Positions 37,095 to 46,779 are shown, numbered from the stretch's first letter. The stretch: DNA of 57,272 nt from Candidatus Spechtbacterales bacterium (GCA_040902285.1 JBBDXP010000015.1:4128-61399); one strand, 5' to 3'. A program made the numbers and translations. Notes: a model not told the origin generated them from the letters alone.

Positions 37095-37612
37095 TGCGTA
37101 GAATCACAATTATGACCCCAAAAACAGTTGTACAACATCCGGCGGAAATATTGCACAAACCCGCTGAATCTATAAAAGATTTTAAAAGCGATAAGTTAAC
37201 TTCGCTTATTAAAGATATGAGGCAAACCCTTAAAAAGGAAGACGGTGCCGGCATAGCCGCGCCTCAAATAAATATATCTAAAAGTATTTTTGTAATACCC
37301 AAGGCGTACGCTCCCAAGGTAAGAATGTGGCACGATCCGACAACATGGTTAAGGCCTCCGTACCAAACCGTATTTATTAATCCGGAAATTTTATATTATT
37401 CAGAAAAAAAAGAGGAAACAGATGAGGGATGCTTGAGTGTAAGGGGCCAATTTTATCCTACAACGCGTTCGAGCGAAATTGTATTGCGCGCCCAAAACAG
37501 AGCGGGGAAAAAATTCAAGGTACGGGCAAGCGGACTTTTGGCGCGCATATTTCAACATGAAACAGACCATTTAAACGGAATACTTTTTTTAGATCGCTTA
37601 CATGAAAAATAA
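37094..37612 (+). CDS. def: Peptide deformylase
   Basis: GAGIAAPQI, EGCLSV, QHETDHLNG. Confidence 0.96.
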   Translation: MRRITIMTPKTVVQHPAEILHKPAESIKDFKSDKLTSLIKDMRQTLKKEDGAGIAAPQINISKSIFVIPKAYAPKVRMWHDPTTWLRPPYQTVFINPEILYYSEKKEETDEGCLSVRGQFYPTTRSSEIVLRAQNRAGKKFKVRASGLLARIFQHETDHLNGILFLDRLHEK

Positions 37613-38528
37613 ATTTGTATTTTTTGGAACTCCCAAGTTCTCAAAGATTGTTTTGCAAAAGCTCATAAAAGCGGGATTTAAGCCGGCTTTGGTTATTACC
37701 GCGCCCGACAAACCGGTAGGAAGAAAACAAAAACTCACTCCTTCGCCCGTAAAAGTTCTGGCTAAAAAAAACAAAATACCGGTGCTGGAGCCGGAGCGAT
37801 TAGACAATGAATTTATCAACAAACTCCGCTCGGATTCTTATGATTTTTTTGTAGTAGCGGCTTATGGAAAATTATTACCGCCTGACATATTGGAAACCCC
37901 AAAAAAAGGAGCGCTTAATGTGCACCCCTCCATTTTGCCGCGTTGGCGAGGCGCCTCTCCCGTGCAACACGCGATATTGAGCGGAGACAAAGAAACAGGT
38001 TCAACCATAATGCTTATGGATGATAAACTGGACCACGGGCCGATCTTAGCGCAAGAAAAACTAAAGATAAAAAAGGGCAACATGGCCGAAACTTTATCCG
38101 ATAAGTTAGCCCTGCACGGAGCGAAATTATTAATAGAAACTATTCCAAAGTGGATTAAGGGTTCTCTGGAGACCAAAGAACAAAATCATGGTCTGGCAAC
38201 TTATACTAAAATGATAACGCGCGAAGACGGGAGAATAAATTGGCATGCGCCTGCCGAAGTTTTAAAAAGAAAATTAATGGCCTTTACGCCGTGGCCCGGA
38301 CTTTTTACCACATGGAACGGCAAGCGTCTTAAAATTTTGTCATTTGAAACAAGCAACAAAAAATCTTTTGCTCCCGGAAAAGTGATTCGCCATAGTGCGA
38401 ACCTAACTATAGAAACCGGAAAAGGGACAGTTATTATTAAAAAAATTCAGTTGGAAGGAGAAAAGGCCAAGAGCGCGGGAGAATTCATGCGCGGGCATTC
38501 GGATATAATAGGAACGATGCTTATCTAA
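37602..38528 (+). CDS. fmt: Methionyl-tRNA formyltransferase
   Basis: FFGTP, PDKPVGR, NVHPSILPRWRGASPVQ, LDHGPI, PWPG. Confidence 0.96.
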   Translation: MKNKFVFFGTPKFSKIVLQKLIKAGFKPALVITAPDKPVGRKQKLTPSPVKVLAKKNKIPVLEPERLDNEFINKLRSDSYDFFVVAAYGKLLPPDILETPKKGALNVHPSILPRWRGASPVQHAILSGDKETGSTIMLMDDKLDHGPILAQEKLKIKKGNMAETLSDKLALHGAKLLIETIPKWIKGSLETKEQNHGLATYTKMITREDGRINWHAPAEVLKRKLMAFTPWPGLFTTWNGKRLKILSFETSNKKSFAPGKVIRHSANLTIETGKGTVIIKKIQLEGEKAKSAGEFMRGHSDIIGTMLI

Positions 38529-38581
38529 AGACAGCGGCATGATATAATAAAAATTGGCGATATTATAATTAAAAACTACCT

Positions 38582-38776
38582 ATGTTGGAAAATCACACAT
38601 ACAACCTGCACCACCAACTTGTGCAAGAAAATAAAAGCTTGTGGAGAATTAAAAACCACTACCTGAAAGACGCCGGCGATTGCGCCAAATGCCAAAAATT
38701 CTGGGAAAAAATGGAGGCGGACAAAGAAGAGCATGTAAGGGAACTGGAACAACTTATAAAAGACCATATGGCTTAA
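38582..38776 (+). CDS. Small two-helix ferritin-like protein
   Basis: 64 aa; ENKSLWRI..HY..DA..C..C..FW......EEHV (ExxH); terminator at 38779-38811. Confidence 0.6.
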   Translation: MLENHTYNLHHQLVQENKSLWRIKNHYLKDAGDCAKCQKFWEKMEADKEEHVRELEQLIKDHMA

Positions 38777-38893
38777 ATAAAATACGACTCATACCCATGA
38801 GTCGTATTTTATTTATAACTCATATCATGAATTATAAATCGGCCCGCGATTTGAAAAGATACTCGGTATATTACGTCTACCCAAAACCTATCG

Positions 38894-39448
38894 CTAATCA
38901 ATAGGACAAACAGCCGGATCGTTTATCTTTTTTGATAAAGAGTATATAGAAACCATAAAAAGGCCTATTCCCAGAAACCCAAACTCGGTTCCGCCGTATG
39001 GCAATGCGGCCAAAATACCCGTGGCCCCGATTGAAATTGCGACCGGGGTAAGTATTAAAGAACCGCATGCGGCACATCCTATACCAAGCGCTCCGGTTAT
39101 CAGTCCGCCGGATATTCCTAAAAGATTTCCCTTTCCCTTATCATAAACGGCGGATCTGTTTTTACGTATCATAAAAACAATCATCGCAAAGTTAACCGCG
39201 AATAAAACGGAGATGGCAATTATTATTACAATTGAAAAGAGCGAATTGTTAGCACCTATGTTTGCGGTTAAGGACGCTAAAATTATTGCCTTTTTTTCTA
39301 TGGGAGCGGAAGACGCAAAAACCGCCTTTATAAAAGAAAAGTTGGGAAAAAGAACCGATAAAATATAAACCTTGCCACTCACCCATAAAAATAGCAACAA
39401 ATAACCGGTATTAGAAAATACTTTTCCAAAAGCTCTAAACATATTCAA
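38894..39448 (-). CDS. Four-TM membrane protein with CAAC motif
   Basis: GIGCAACG; C-terminal VCPID; follows dsbA-like gene. Confidence 0.7.
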   Translation of the reverse strand: MNMFRAFGKVFSNTGYLLLFLWVSGKVYILSVLFPNFSFIKAVFASSAPIEKKAIILASLTANIGANNSLFSIVIIIAISVLFAVNFAMIVFMIRKNRSAVYDKGKGNLLGISGGLITGALGIGCAACGSLILTPVAISIGATGILAALPYGGTEFGFLGIGLFMVSIYSLSKKINDPAVCPID

Positions 39449-39454
39449 TTATTG

Positions 39455-40234
39455 TTATTCGGTTTCTTCTAGTGCCAGATCGATTGTCTGTTTAAAAACA
39501 CTGTAGGGCTGTGCTCCCTGAATCGGAAACTTTTTACCGTTGGGAGCAATTACAACCGTATGCGGAGTTCCCCTGCCTCCGGCTTCTCTCTGATCTACAA
39601 AATCCTCAGTTACTTTACTGGCGTGCCTCTCACTATCGTAACACTCCTGAAAAGCGCTTCTGTTAACTCCTGCGTATGCGGCCACATCCGGCAAATCCCC
39701 CAAGGGAAAGCCGTCATTAGTTGGAGAAATTTCAAACATTCTATCTATAAAAGCCCAAAATGCGTCGTTTCCGCCAAGCTCAGCCACACACTCTGCCGCC
39801 TGACCCTCCTGCTCTGTTTTCTGGTGAACAGAACTTCCGTGTCTATATACCCAAACTACTTGGTCACCGTATTCTTCAACAACACCTTGTAGTGTGGCGT
39901 GTAATCTCTGACAAAACGGGCATTCCAAGTCCACATATTCAACTATTTTAACCGGCGCTGAAATACTGCCCTTTATATGGTCGGCTTCGGTAACTTCGCG
40001 TATATCTCCCAGTACTTCTTCTGCTTGAGAAGGATCGTTGCCAGGCGCATCCGTATTTTTAACATTAGCGGAACCCGTGGAACCGCCTCCTCCTGAAAAA
40101 TATAATCCTACAGCCATAAACGCGCCGGCAAGAATTATTGACGCGGGTATTAAATAGGGATTTTGTTTTAAATCGTTATTTGCTATTTTTTTTCTTTTCG
40201 CTACTCTTGGTTTTGTTTTACTTTCAGTTTTCAT
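39455..40234 (-). CDS. Membrane-anchored DsbA/thioredoxin-like oxidoreductase
   Basis: DHIKG...APV.IVEY.DLECPFC, GTP, GAQPY. Confidence 0.92.
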   Translation of the reverse strand: MKTESKTKPRVAKRKKIANNDLKQNPYLIPASIILAGAFMAVGLYFSGGGGSTGSANVKNTDAPGNDPSQAEEVLGDIREVTEADHIKGSISAPVKIVEYVDLECPFCQRLHATLQGVVEEYGDQVVWVYRHGSSVHQKTEQEGQAAECVAELGGNDAFWAFIDRMFEISPTNDGFPLGDLPDVAAYAGVNRSAFQECYDSERHASKVTEDFVDQREAGGRGTPHTVVIAPNGKKFPIQGAQPYSVFKQTIDLALEETE

Positions 40235-40321
40235 AATTTTTATTTAATTACACCTTATCCCAATGTAGCATAAAAAATTATAAGTGCCAATAAAAAGCGC
40301 CGTGCTTAACGGCGCTTATTT

Positions 40322-41068
40322 TTAATCGCGAACAAATTCGCGCACAAGGTCGCAAAATTCCTCGCGATGAGTTTCGGGGGGCCAGTGGTCGGCTTTTTCA
40401 AAAATATGCAACTTTGAATCCGGAAGTATCTCGGCGGCTCGAATGCTGTGTTGAACCGGAAAAATCTCATCATTGCTTCCGTGAACAATAAGAACAGGTA
40501 CATTTATATTTTTCAAATGTTCAAGGCGATATATTCTTTTTTTCTGTCCGAATATATTAACGCCTGTTCTCATAAATCGCAGGGTTATGCCGATGTTGTG
40601 CGGCGCATCCTTGTCTCGCCGCAAATAATACAATATCTCTCCGACTATAGGAATCGAAGCAATGCGGGCCATTTGATTTATTTCTTTTCCCAAACCCGCG
40701 GAACTCACAAGAACAAGCTTTTTTACCTTATTTTGGAAATGCCGTGTATATTCTATTGCCGCAAGTCCTCCAAAAGAACCTCCGACTATAACGGGATTTT
40801 TTATCTCAAAAGCTTCAACAAACTTTTCAATAAAAAGAGGTATAAAATCCAAGCTCATTTTGTGCTGGTTCAGAGAATCGCTAAACCCGCATCCCGGAAA
40901 ACTAAAAGCATACACCGTAAAATCACGAGACCAATTTTTTATCTCTTCCACCCATTGCTCCATAGAATTTGCTATGCCATGAAGCAAAAGCAGGACTTGT
41001 TTCCCGTCTCCCGCCTTTACATAATGAATGCGCTTGCCGTTTTCAGGAGACCAGTATCCCCTTTTCAT
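40322..41068 (-). CDS. Alpha/beta hydrolase (cassette-like orphan)
   Basis: LLHG, GGSFGG, HGSND, ADHWP; AGGAGG SD; terminator at 40291-40321. Confidence 0.9.
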   Translation of the reverse strand: MKRGYWSPENGKRIHYVKAGDGKQVLLLLHGIANSMEQWVEEIKNWSRDFTVYAFSFPGCGFSDSLNQHKMSLDFIPLFIEKFVEAFEIKNPVIVGGSFGGLAAIEYTRHFQNKVKKLVLVSSAGLGKEINQMARIASIPIVGEILYYLRRDKDAPHNIGITLRFMRTGVNIFGQKKRIYRLEHLKNINVPVLIVHGSNDEIFPVQHSIRAAEILPDSKLHIFEKADHWPPETHREEFCDLVREFVRD

Positions 41069-41123
41069 CTTGACCTGTCTGCCTCCTTTCTAAAAGAACT
41101 AACTGACCGGGATTATAACACAG

Positions 41124-41762
41124 CTACTTATGTTGTAAATAAGCCTTAAGTTTTTTAAAATCCTTCACAAGTTTTTCTTTGTTGGTTCTGTCGTAAAGTG
41201 CGGAGGCTGGATGATACATGGGAATTATTTTAACTTTTCCGTATTCTGCCATACCCTCAAAAACCGTGCCGTGCACCTTTCCTATTGTTGTAAATGCTTG
41301 CTTAAGATTAAACTGAGCCATTATATATTCTCCGGAAAACCTTCCCAGAGTAATTATAAAATCCGGTTTTATTGTGTTTATTTGCCTCATCAAAAACGGC
41401 GCGTATAGTTCTATCTCCGCCAATTCGGGATCTCTGTTTCCGGGCGGGCGATCTTTAACGATATTGGTCACATAAACTTCTTCTCTTTTAAATCCCGCAG
41501 TAATAAGCAATTCATCCAAAATTTTTCCCGCAGTTCCGCAAAAGGGTCTGCCTTGTTTGGCTTCATTTGCGCCAGGAGCCTCCCCTATAAACATTACAGA
41601 AGCACTGTGGCTTCCCTCTCCTATTACAGGAAGATTTCCCTCTTTCTGGCGGAAATCATATAAAGGAGAGTTTTTCAAATTTATTATTTCTTCTTTTATT
41701 GCCTTAAGTTTTTCTATTTTTTCGGACGCGTTGTTGGCCTTTTTTGTCAATTGTTTTTTCAT
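41124..41762 (-). CDS. Family 4 uracil-DNA glycosylase
   Basis: [34 protein letters not shown]. Confidence 0.93.
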   Translation of the reverse strand: MKKQLTKKANNASEKIEKLKAIKEEIINLKNSPLYDFRQKEGNLPVIGEGSHSASVMFIGEAPGANEAKQGRPFCGTAGKILDELLITAGFKREEVYVTNIVKDRPPGNRDPELAEIELYAPFLMRQINTIKPDFIITLGRFSGEYIMAQFNLKQAFTTIGKVHGTVFEGMAEYGKVKIIPMYHPASALYDRTNKEKLVKDFKKLKAYLQHK

Positions 41763-41904
41763 ACTGTAATTGTTCAAATTCAAAAAATAAAATTAATGAC
41801 CTTTCAAAATTATATCATACAAAGCAGCTAATCTTGGCCTTGTCAGGCCAAGATTTTTATTTTATACTCTTTGCAGTTGTTTAAAAACGCCAGAAGGAAG
41901 CGAC

Positions 41905-42543
41905 GTGCAAAAGTACAGGCTTACAGTGGTAACCGCGCTTATTGTTTTTGTTTTGACAATGTTGGTTTTGTCTCCAAAAACAACAACTCCTCCCGACTCT
42001 TCCGGGCCTTTTCCAAACCAGAACTCCGGCGGTACTGTTCCGGATGTGTTCACACCTCCAGCCACAGATAGATCGGCTGATGTGGCACGCGAGATCGCCG
42101 ATTATATTACCCTTAAATCAGAAGGGTTGCTGGCTGTGCCCTACACCGAAATTCCGGATCATGGGAATGGAACTTTCGGCGTCCACTATAACGCTTTTAT
42201 CACAAAAACCGCGTCGGAAATGACCGGGGCAGACGAAGCGCGCGTCCGCGAGCTTATCGGGGAAATATTCGGATTAACCACCCTGCACATACTGAAGGAC
42301 TCCGGTCCGTCTTTAACCCACATGGGAGTACAGGTCATAGATCCTGATATTTGGTGGTGGGGAGGACACGAACGAGGCTCATCCCGCATTTATATCGCTT
42401 CAAAAAATGACCTTTTGCGGATCTCCGCGCCTCTTGGCGCGCAATGGCTTGAAGCGGCCAGAGAAAACCCGCAAACTCTTGTTATGACAGGTACCCTGCA
42501 GGAACTTCTCGAGCGTCTCCAAAAGGCCGAAGAAAACAAATAA
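41905..42543 (+). CDS. Orphan membrane-anchored protein
   Basis: GTG start, TM, Pro/Thr linker, unknown domain; terminator at 42551-42572; opposite orientation to neighbours. Confidence 0.7.
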   Translation: MQKYRLTVVTALIVFVLTMLVLSPKTTTPPDSSGPFPNQNSGGTVPDVFTPPATDRSADVAREIADYITLKSEGLLAVPYTEIPDHGNGTFGVHYNAFITKTASEMTGADEARVRELIGEIFGLTTLHILKDSGPSLTHMGVQVIDPDIWWWGGHERGSSRIYIASKNDLLRISAPLGAQWLEAARENPQTLVMTGTLQELLERLQKAEENK

Positions 42544-42604
42544 CACCAAGGCCCTGCGCTGCAGGGCTTTTTCTTTGTTTTAAAAAGGTTGTGGATAACT
42601 TTTG

Positions 42605-42633
42605 TTGACCGGGAAATAAAAAATTAGGATAAT
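42605..42633 (+). promoter_or_regulatory. Sigma70-type promoter of a candidate sRNA, with adjacent DnaA box
   Basis: TTGACC - 17 bp - GATAAT; TGTGGATAA at 42590-42598. Confidence 0.5.
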
Positions 42634-42637
42634 TAAT

Positions 42638-42710
42638 ATGAGGTTCGAGATACTTGTATCTTCGAGCCTCATAAAGGAAAGTCCTGCTTATGCAGGACTT
42701 TCCTTTATTT
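42638..42710 (+). ncRNA. Candidate small structured RNA
   Basis: Hairpin ATGAGGTTCGA..GATAC-TT-GTATC..TCGAGCCTCAT followed by a perfect 17-bp stem and T run; no ORF. Confidence 0.35.
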
Positions 42711-42719
42711 GTAAAAATT

Positions 42720-42923
42720 TTAACTCAAGATAGTTCTGATTGTTGTTGTATCCACATTTATGCCGTAATTCTTCAAGGCGCTTTGTATTTCGTAGTCCGA
42801 TAAACCTTGATTCTGTAATTTGTTTACAATAACGGCGAGTTTGGTCCTTCCGCGCCTATCAGAAAATCCTCCGGCCATTTTCATTCTGTCCAATGTGTTG
42901 TCCCCATACCTGTTTGTTCCCAT
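42720..42923 (-). CDS. Small putative winged-HTH protein
   Basis: GLSDYEIQSALKNYGINVDTTTIRTIL; 14-bp inverted repeat overlaps the start. Confidence 0.55.
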   Translation of the reverse strand: MGTNRYGDNTLDRMKMAGGFSDRRGRTKLAVIVNKLQNQGLSDYEIQSALKNYGINVDTTTIRTILS

Positions 42924-43030
42924 AAAAGATATATCTTTCGGATATATCTTTTATTTTATCATCCGCCGGTAAGCTGCGTTTGTGGATAAAATAAAAAAGA
43001 CCTTGTGCGATTTGCGCAAGGTCTTTGACA

Positions 43031-43690
43031 CTAAAAAATTCTGCACGAAGCAAGGCCTATAAAGGCACGGGCCGTATCATCACTATCCCCTATCACGACA
43101 AGATTGGCTTCGTCCCAGAAGTATCCCACATACACATGACCTCCGCCCGAATACACGGAGGAGGTTCGAACATAAGCAATGTCGGTAAACGGGTTTTCTC
43201 CTGCAACCTTGGTATAAGTATTGAACGCCCAGGCGGCCTGAGCTGCATTCGGGACACGCTCGTCAATGCCCAGCATAGCTATTTGATTAAGCCAATTCTT
43301 GCCTGTTGAGTCCGGAATCCACCCCTTGCGGACGACAAGCCATTCTGTGTCAACCGTATCGTTGAGGCTAAACTCTTCTTTTTGCTCCTCATACCAAGCG
43401 GTAGGTCCCCGGAACGACCGTGAATCGAGTTTTCTTATATCCAAAAGGTTCATCTTACGAGGCGGACCTGGGATAACAATACAATTATTATCGCGGGCCC
43501 AAAGAAGAATCTCCCGAGGCGGAACCAGAGTTGCAAGACAGGCAAGCTGTACAAATAAATACTTTAAACCCCAGGCGTTAGCCGCCTGAACCGGGGCTAT
43601 AAAATCATGTCCCAAAATCTCCAGCGCTTCCGTATAGTTGCGAACCGCTATTTCCTCAAAAAAGCCTGATCTTTGAGTGTCATGTGGCAT
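43031..43690 (-). CDS. DGR target-like (CLec-type C-terminus) protein, paralog of 1863-2674
   Basis: Shared blocks WARDN, GPP..MNLLDI, DTV.T.WLV.RK, ERVPN.A.A.W, YVRTSSV.SGG.HV.VG.F; own promoter (TTGACA-17-TATAAA), AAGGAG SD and terminator. Confidence 0.8.
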   Translation of the reverse strand: MPHDTQRSGFFEEIAVRNYTEALEILGHDFIAPVQAANAWGLKYLFVQLACLATLVPPREILLWARDNNCIVIPGPPRKMNLLDIRKLDSRSFRGPTAWYEEQKEEFSLNDTVDTEWLVVRKGWIPDSTGKNWLNQIAMLGIDERVPNAAQAAWAFNTYTKVAGENPFTDIAYVRTSSVYSGGGHVYVGYFWDEANLVVIGDSDDTARAFIGLASCRIF

Positions 43691-43797
43691 TCGACTTCTC
43701 CTTGTTTAAGGACAGATGATAAATTTATACCACCACAAATTATAATTGTCAATTTTAAATATAAAATAAAAAACCCGCTTTTGGCGGGCTTTATAGA

Positions 43798-43998
43798 TTA
43801 CTTTTCATCTTGGATCGGTTCGGTCGCCTTTCTAAAAAGGCGTACCGTGTTGTAAATAGCCATAAAAAGAACCATGAAGTACACAACCGCAAAGGATGCT
43901 AGTGTCCTATCTTTAGGAGCGCTCATAAAAAATACAACCGCCGTTAGAAGGGCGCTAAAAACAAGACAGCCAAGTGCGAGTAAAATCTTTTTATCCAT
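43798..43998 (-). CDS. Orphan two-TM small protein
   Basis: AAGGAG SD before MDKKILL; terminator at about 43769-43792. Confidence 0.6.
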   Translation of the reverse strand: MDKKILLALGCLVFSALLTAVVFFMSAPKDRTLASFAVVYFMVLFMAIYNTVRLFRKATEPIQDEK

Positions 43999-44104
43999 TC
44001 TTGTCTCCTTGCAACGTACTGCAAAAATAATAAAACAAATATGTGTTTTTGTAAATATACAAAAACACATATTATCCAACTGAATTTTTATTTTAATTTT
44101 GCTT

Positions 44105-46735
44105 TTACTTTACTACACTCAGTTGTGGAGACGGGGAATTTCCATTTTTAATCCGTTCTTTTTTGCGCATCCACCACTTTAATGTTTCAACCATCAAAAG
44201 ACGAATGATACCGGAGGAAAACACAAGGGCTATACCCAGAAAACTGAGTGGTACTGTTCCAAGAAAAGTGTTAAGCACCGGAAGATAAACAGAAGAAAAC
44301 ATCATTATAAAACCGACCGCAACCCCCAACAACAGATATTTATTATTGAAGGCGTTTCGGCTAAACGCGGAGAAACTAAGCGTTTTAATAGAAAATATAT
44401 AAATAAGAGTATCCGTGGCTAAAGCAGCAAACATAACTGTTTGTATATATTTGGGCTCTAAATCAGTTAAATAAACGAGCCACAAGAAAAGACCCACCAA
44501 AACCAAATCGCTCAAAACTCCAACAATAATTATTATACGCCACCCAAGCTTGTTGATTATGGCCTCGTTCCTTTTGTACGGCCTTAGCTTCATTATTCCC
44601 TTCTCACCCGGCTCAAACGCCAAAGACGAACCCGGCAATCCGTCTTCCATCAAATTTGCCCATAATATCTGCGCCGCGGTAATAGCCGTAAAGGGTAGCC
44701 GTAATAATATGGAGGTTAGTATTAAAATTGTCTCGGTAAATGCGTTTGTAATAAGAAAGATGGTCACTTTTCTGATATTTGTAAAAGCAATGCGTCCTTC
44801 GCGGACAGCAGACACTATAGTTGAAAAGCTATCATCAAGAAGCACCAGATCGGATGCTTCTTTGGTGACATCCGTGCCGCTTCCAAGAGCGATTCCAATA
44901 TCCGCGTCTTTTAGGGCAGGCGCATCATTTACACCGTCGCCTGTCATGGCAATTACCTCTTTGTTGGCACGCAATGCTTCAATAATGTACATTTTATGGC
45001 TTGGTGTGGCGCGAGAGACAATCTCTATTTCTTTTATCCTCTCTTTAAGTTCCTTCTTGCTCATTTTTTCCAGCTCCGCCCCCTCCACTATGCAAGTTTC
45101 CTTTTCCATATTAAATCCAAGTTCGCCGGCAATTGCCCGCGCGGTTAACTTGTGGTCTCCAGTAATCATAATCACTCTTAGACCCGCTTCGCGTACTTGT
45201 TTAATAGATTCTTTTACATCCGAACGGATAGGATCCCGTATGGCGGCTATTCCCAGAAAATTAAGATCTGAAATATATTTTTTAAGGTCATTCCTGTCTT
45301 TGCAATTAATACGCGAGCTGTCTTCTATGCGAAGTTCCGCTGCAGCGATTATTCTAAATCCTTCTGATGCCAGTTGGTCAACTTCGCCGGAAATATGTTC
45401 GTATTCCTCCTTGGGCATACTACTAAATCCGAAAACTGTTTCGGGCGCCCCGGTCACAAAAATATTGATTGAACCGTCCTTGTACTTATGAAAGGAGGCA
45501 ATATATTTTTCATGGGGGTCAAAAGGCAAAAGAGCACAGCGTGGAAGCTCGTCAAGGTCTTTTTCCAAATCTCCTCCTGCTTTTCTGTAAAATTCCATCT
45601 TTGCTCTGTCAGTTGCCTCCCCGGAAATTTTTCCCGCTCCCACAATCTTCGCTTCGTTTGCAAAAGCAAGCGCAAGTTCTATGCGCTTCTTATCGGTAAA
45701 GTGAAAAATATTTTCCACCTCCATTTTTCCCTCTGTTAAAGTTCCGGTCTTGTCGGTGCAAATCACGGTTGTGGAACCCAAAGTTTCAGCACCAATAAGG
45801 GTTTTAACAAGGCCCTTTTTCTTTAAAATGCGTTGTGAAGCGACCGCCAAAGCCACAGCAAAAGCTGCCGGTAAACCCTCGGGAATAGCGGCCACAGCTA
45901 CGGCTACGGCCAGGGTAAAAAGTACGGCGAAATTATTTTCAGAAAAATAACCCGCGAACAGAATCATTGCCGCAAAAAAAGCAACCATAAGGGAAATCCT
46001 GCGGGTTAAAACTCCTAAGCGCTCCTGCAAAGGTGTTTTTTCATCCTTTACATTCGCGGTTAATTTTGCGATTTTTCCAAGTTCTGTTTTGGCGCCCGTT
46101 CCCACTACCACGGCCTCCGCCTCTCCTTTTTCCACCACCGTACCCATAAAAATCATGTTAGTCCTATCGGCCAGCACGGTGTCTTCGGCCAAATCTTTGG
46201 TGTCTTTTTTAACAGGGTCGGATTCCCCGGTTAAAAGGGCCTCAGTGACCTCAAGATCGACTTGTGATATAATTCGCGCGTCCGCCGGCACCTTCATTCC
46301 AGCCGATATCAAAATGATATCCCCCGGCACAAGATTTCCTGCGTCTAATTCCTCTAGCTTACCATTTCGGCGCACACGCGCCATAGTCGTAACAAGTTTC
46401 TCCAGTTTTTCAAAAATTTTATTACTGCGAAATTCCTGCCAGAAACCAATAATTACATTTACCGATACCGAAACCATGATAACCGCGGTGTCCGTATATG
46501 TATCGAGCCAAAAAGTGATTCCGGCAGCCATCAAGAGTATAAAAATCAAAGGATTTTTAAACTGATTAAACAACAAATACCACCACCTTTTCTTTTTTCC
46601 TTTTGGTAGTGTATTCAACCCAAAAGAAGCCCGCCTCTCGGCAGCTTCTTTTTTACTTAGGCCTTTTTCAAAATCAACCTTAAGTTCTTTGGAAATGTTT
46701 ACAAGCGACATCGAATGCCAAGTGTTTTCTGACAT
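44105..46735 (-). CDS. P-type ATPase, type IIA-like (Ca2+ transport)
   Basis: TGES, IPEGLP, DKTGTLT, MITGD, GDGVNDAPALK.ADIG. Confidence 0.94.
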   Translation of the reverse strand: MSENTWHSMSLVNISKELKVDFEKGLSKKEAAERRASFGLNTLPKGKKKRWWYLLFNQFKNPLIFILLMAAGITFWLDTYTDTAVIMVSVSVNVIIGFWQEFRSNKIFEKLEKLVTTMARVRRNGKLEELDAGNLVPGDIILISAGMKVPADARIISQVDLEVTEALLTGESDPVKKDTKDLAEDTVLADRTNMIFMGTVVEKGEAEAVVVGTGAKTELGKIAKLTANVKDEKTPLQERLGVLTRRISLMVAFFAAMILFAGYFSENNFAVLFTLAVAVAVAAIPEGLPAAFAVALAVASQRILKKKGLVKTLIGAETLGSTTVICTDKTGTLTEGKMEVENIFHFTDKKRIELALAFANEAKIVGAGKISGEATDRAKMEFYRKAGGDLEKDLDELPRCALLPFDPHEKYIASFHKYKDGSINIFVTGAPETVFGFSSMPKEEYEHISGEVDQLASEGFRIIAAAELRIEDSSRINCKDRNDLKKYISDLNFLGIAAIRDPIRSDVKESIKQVREAGLRVIMITGDHKLTARAIAGELGFNMEKETCIVEGAELEKMSKKELKERIKEIEIVSRATPSHKMYIIEALRANKEVIAMTGDGVNDAPALKDADIGIALGSGTDVTKEASDLVLLDDSFSTIVSAVREGRIAFTNIRKVTIFLITNAFTETILILTSILLRLPFTAITAAQILWANLMEDGLPGSSLAFEPGEKGIMKLRPYKRNEAIINKLGWRIIIIVGVLSDLVLVGLFLWLVYLTDLEPKYIQTVMFAALATDTLIYIFSIKTLSFSAFSRNAFNNKYLLLGVAVGFIMMFSSVYLPVLNTFLGTVPLSFLGIALVFSSGIIRLLMVETLKWWMRKKERIKNGNSPSPQLSVVK

Positions 46736-46779
46736 AAACTAATTATACTACGCTTCTTTTTGATGATAAAATATTAAAT

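Noticed and set aside
42590-42989. Replication origin
   Set aside because: Only 2-3 boxes, no dnaA/dnaN nearby and no divergent strand switch; kept only as a DnaA-box cluster.
44550-45491. Long antisense ORFs over P-type ATPases, mgtE, murF and ftsW
   Set aside because: Antisense shadows of well-supported genes, with no recognisable motifs.
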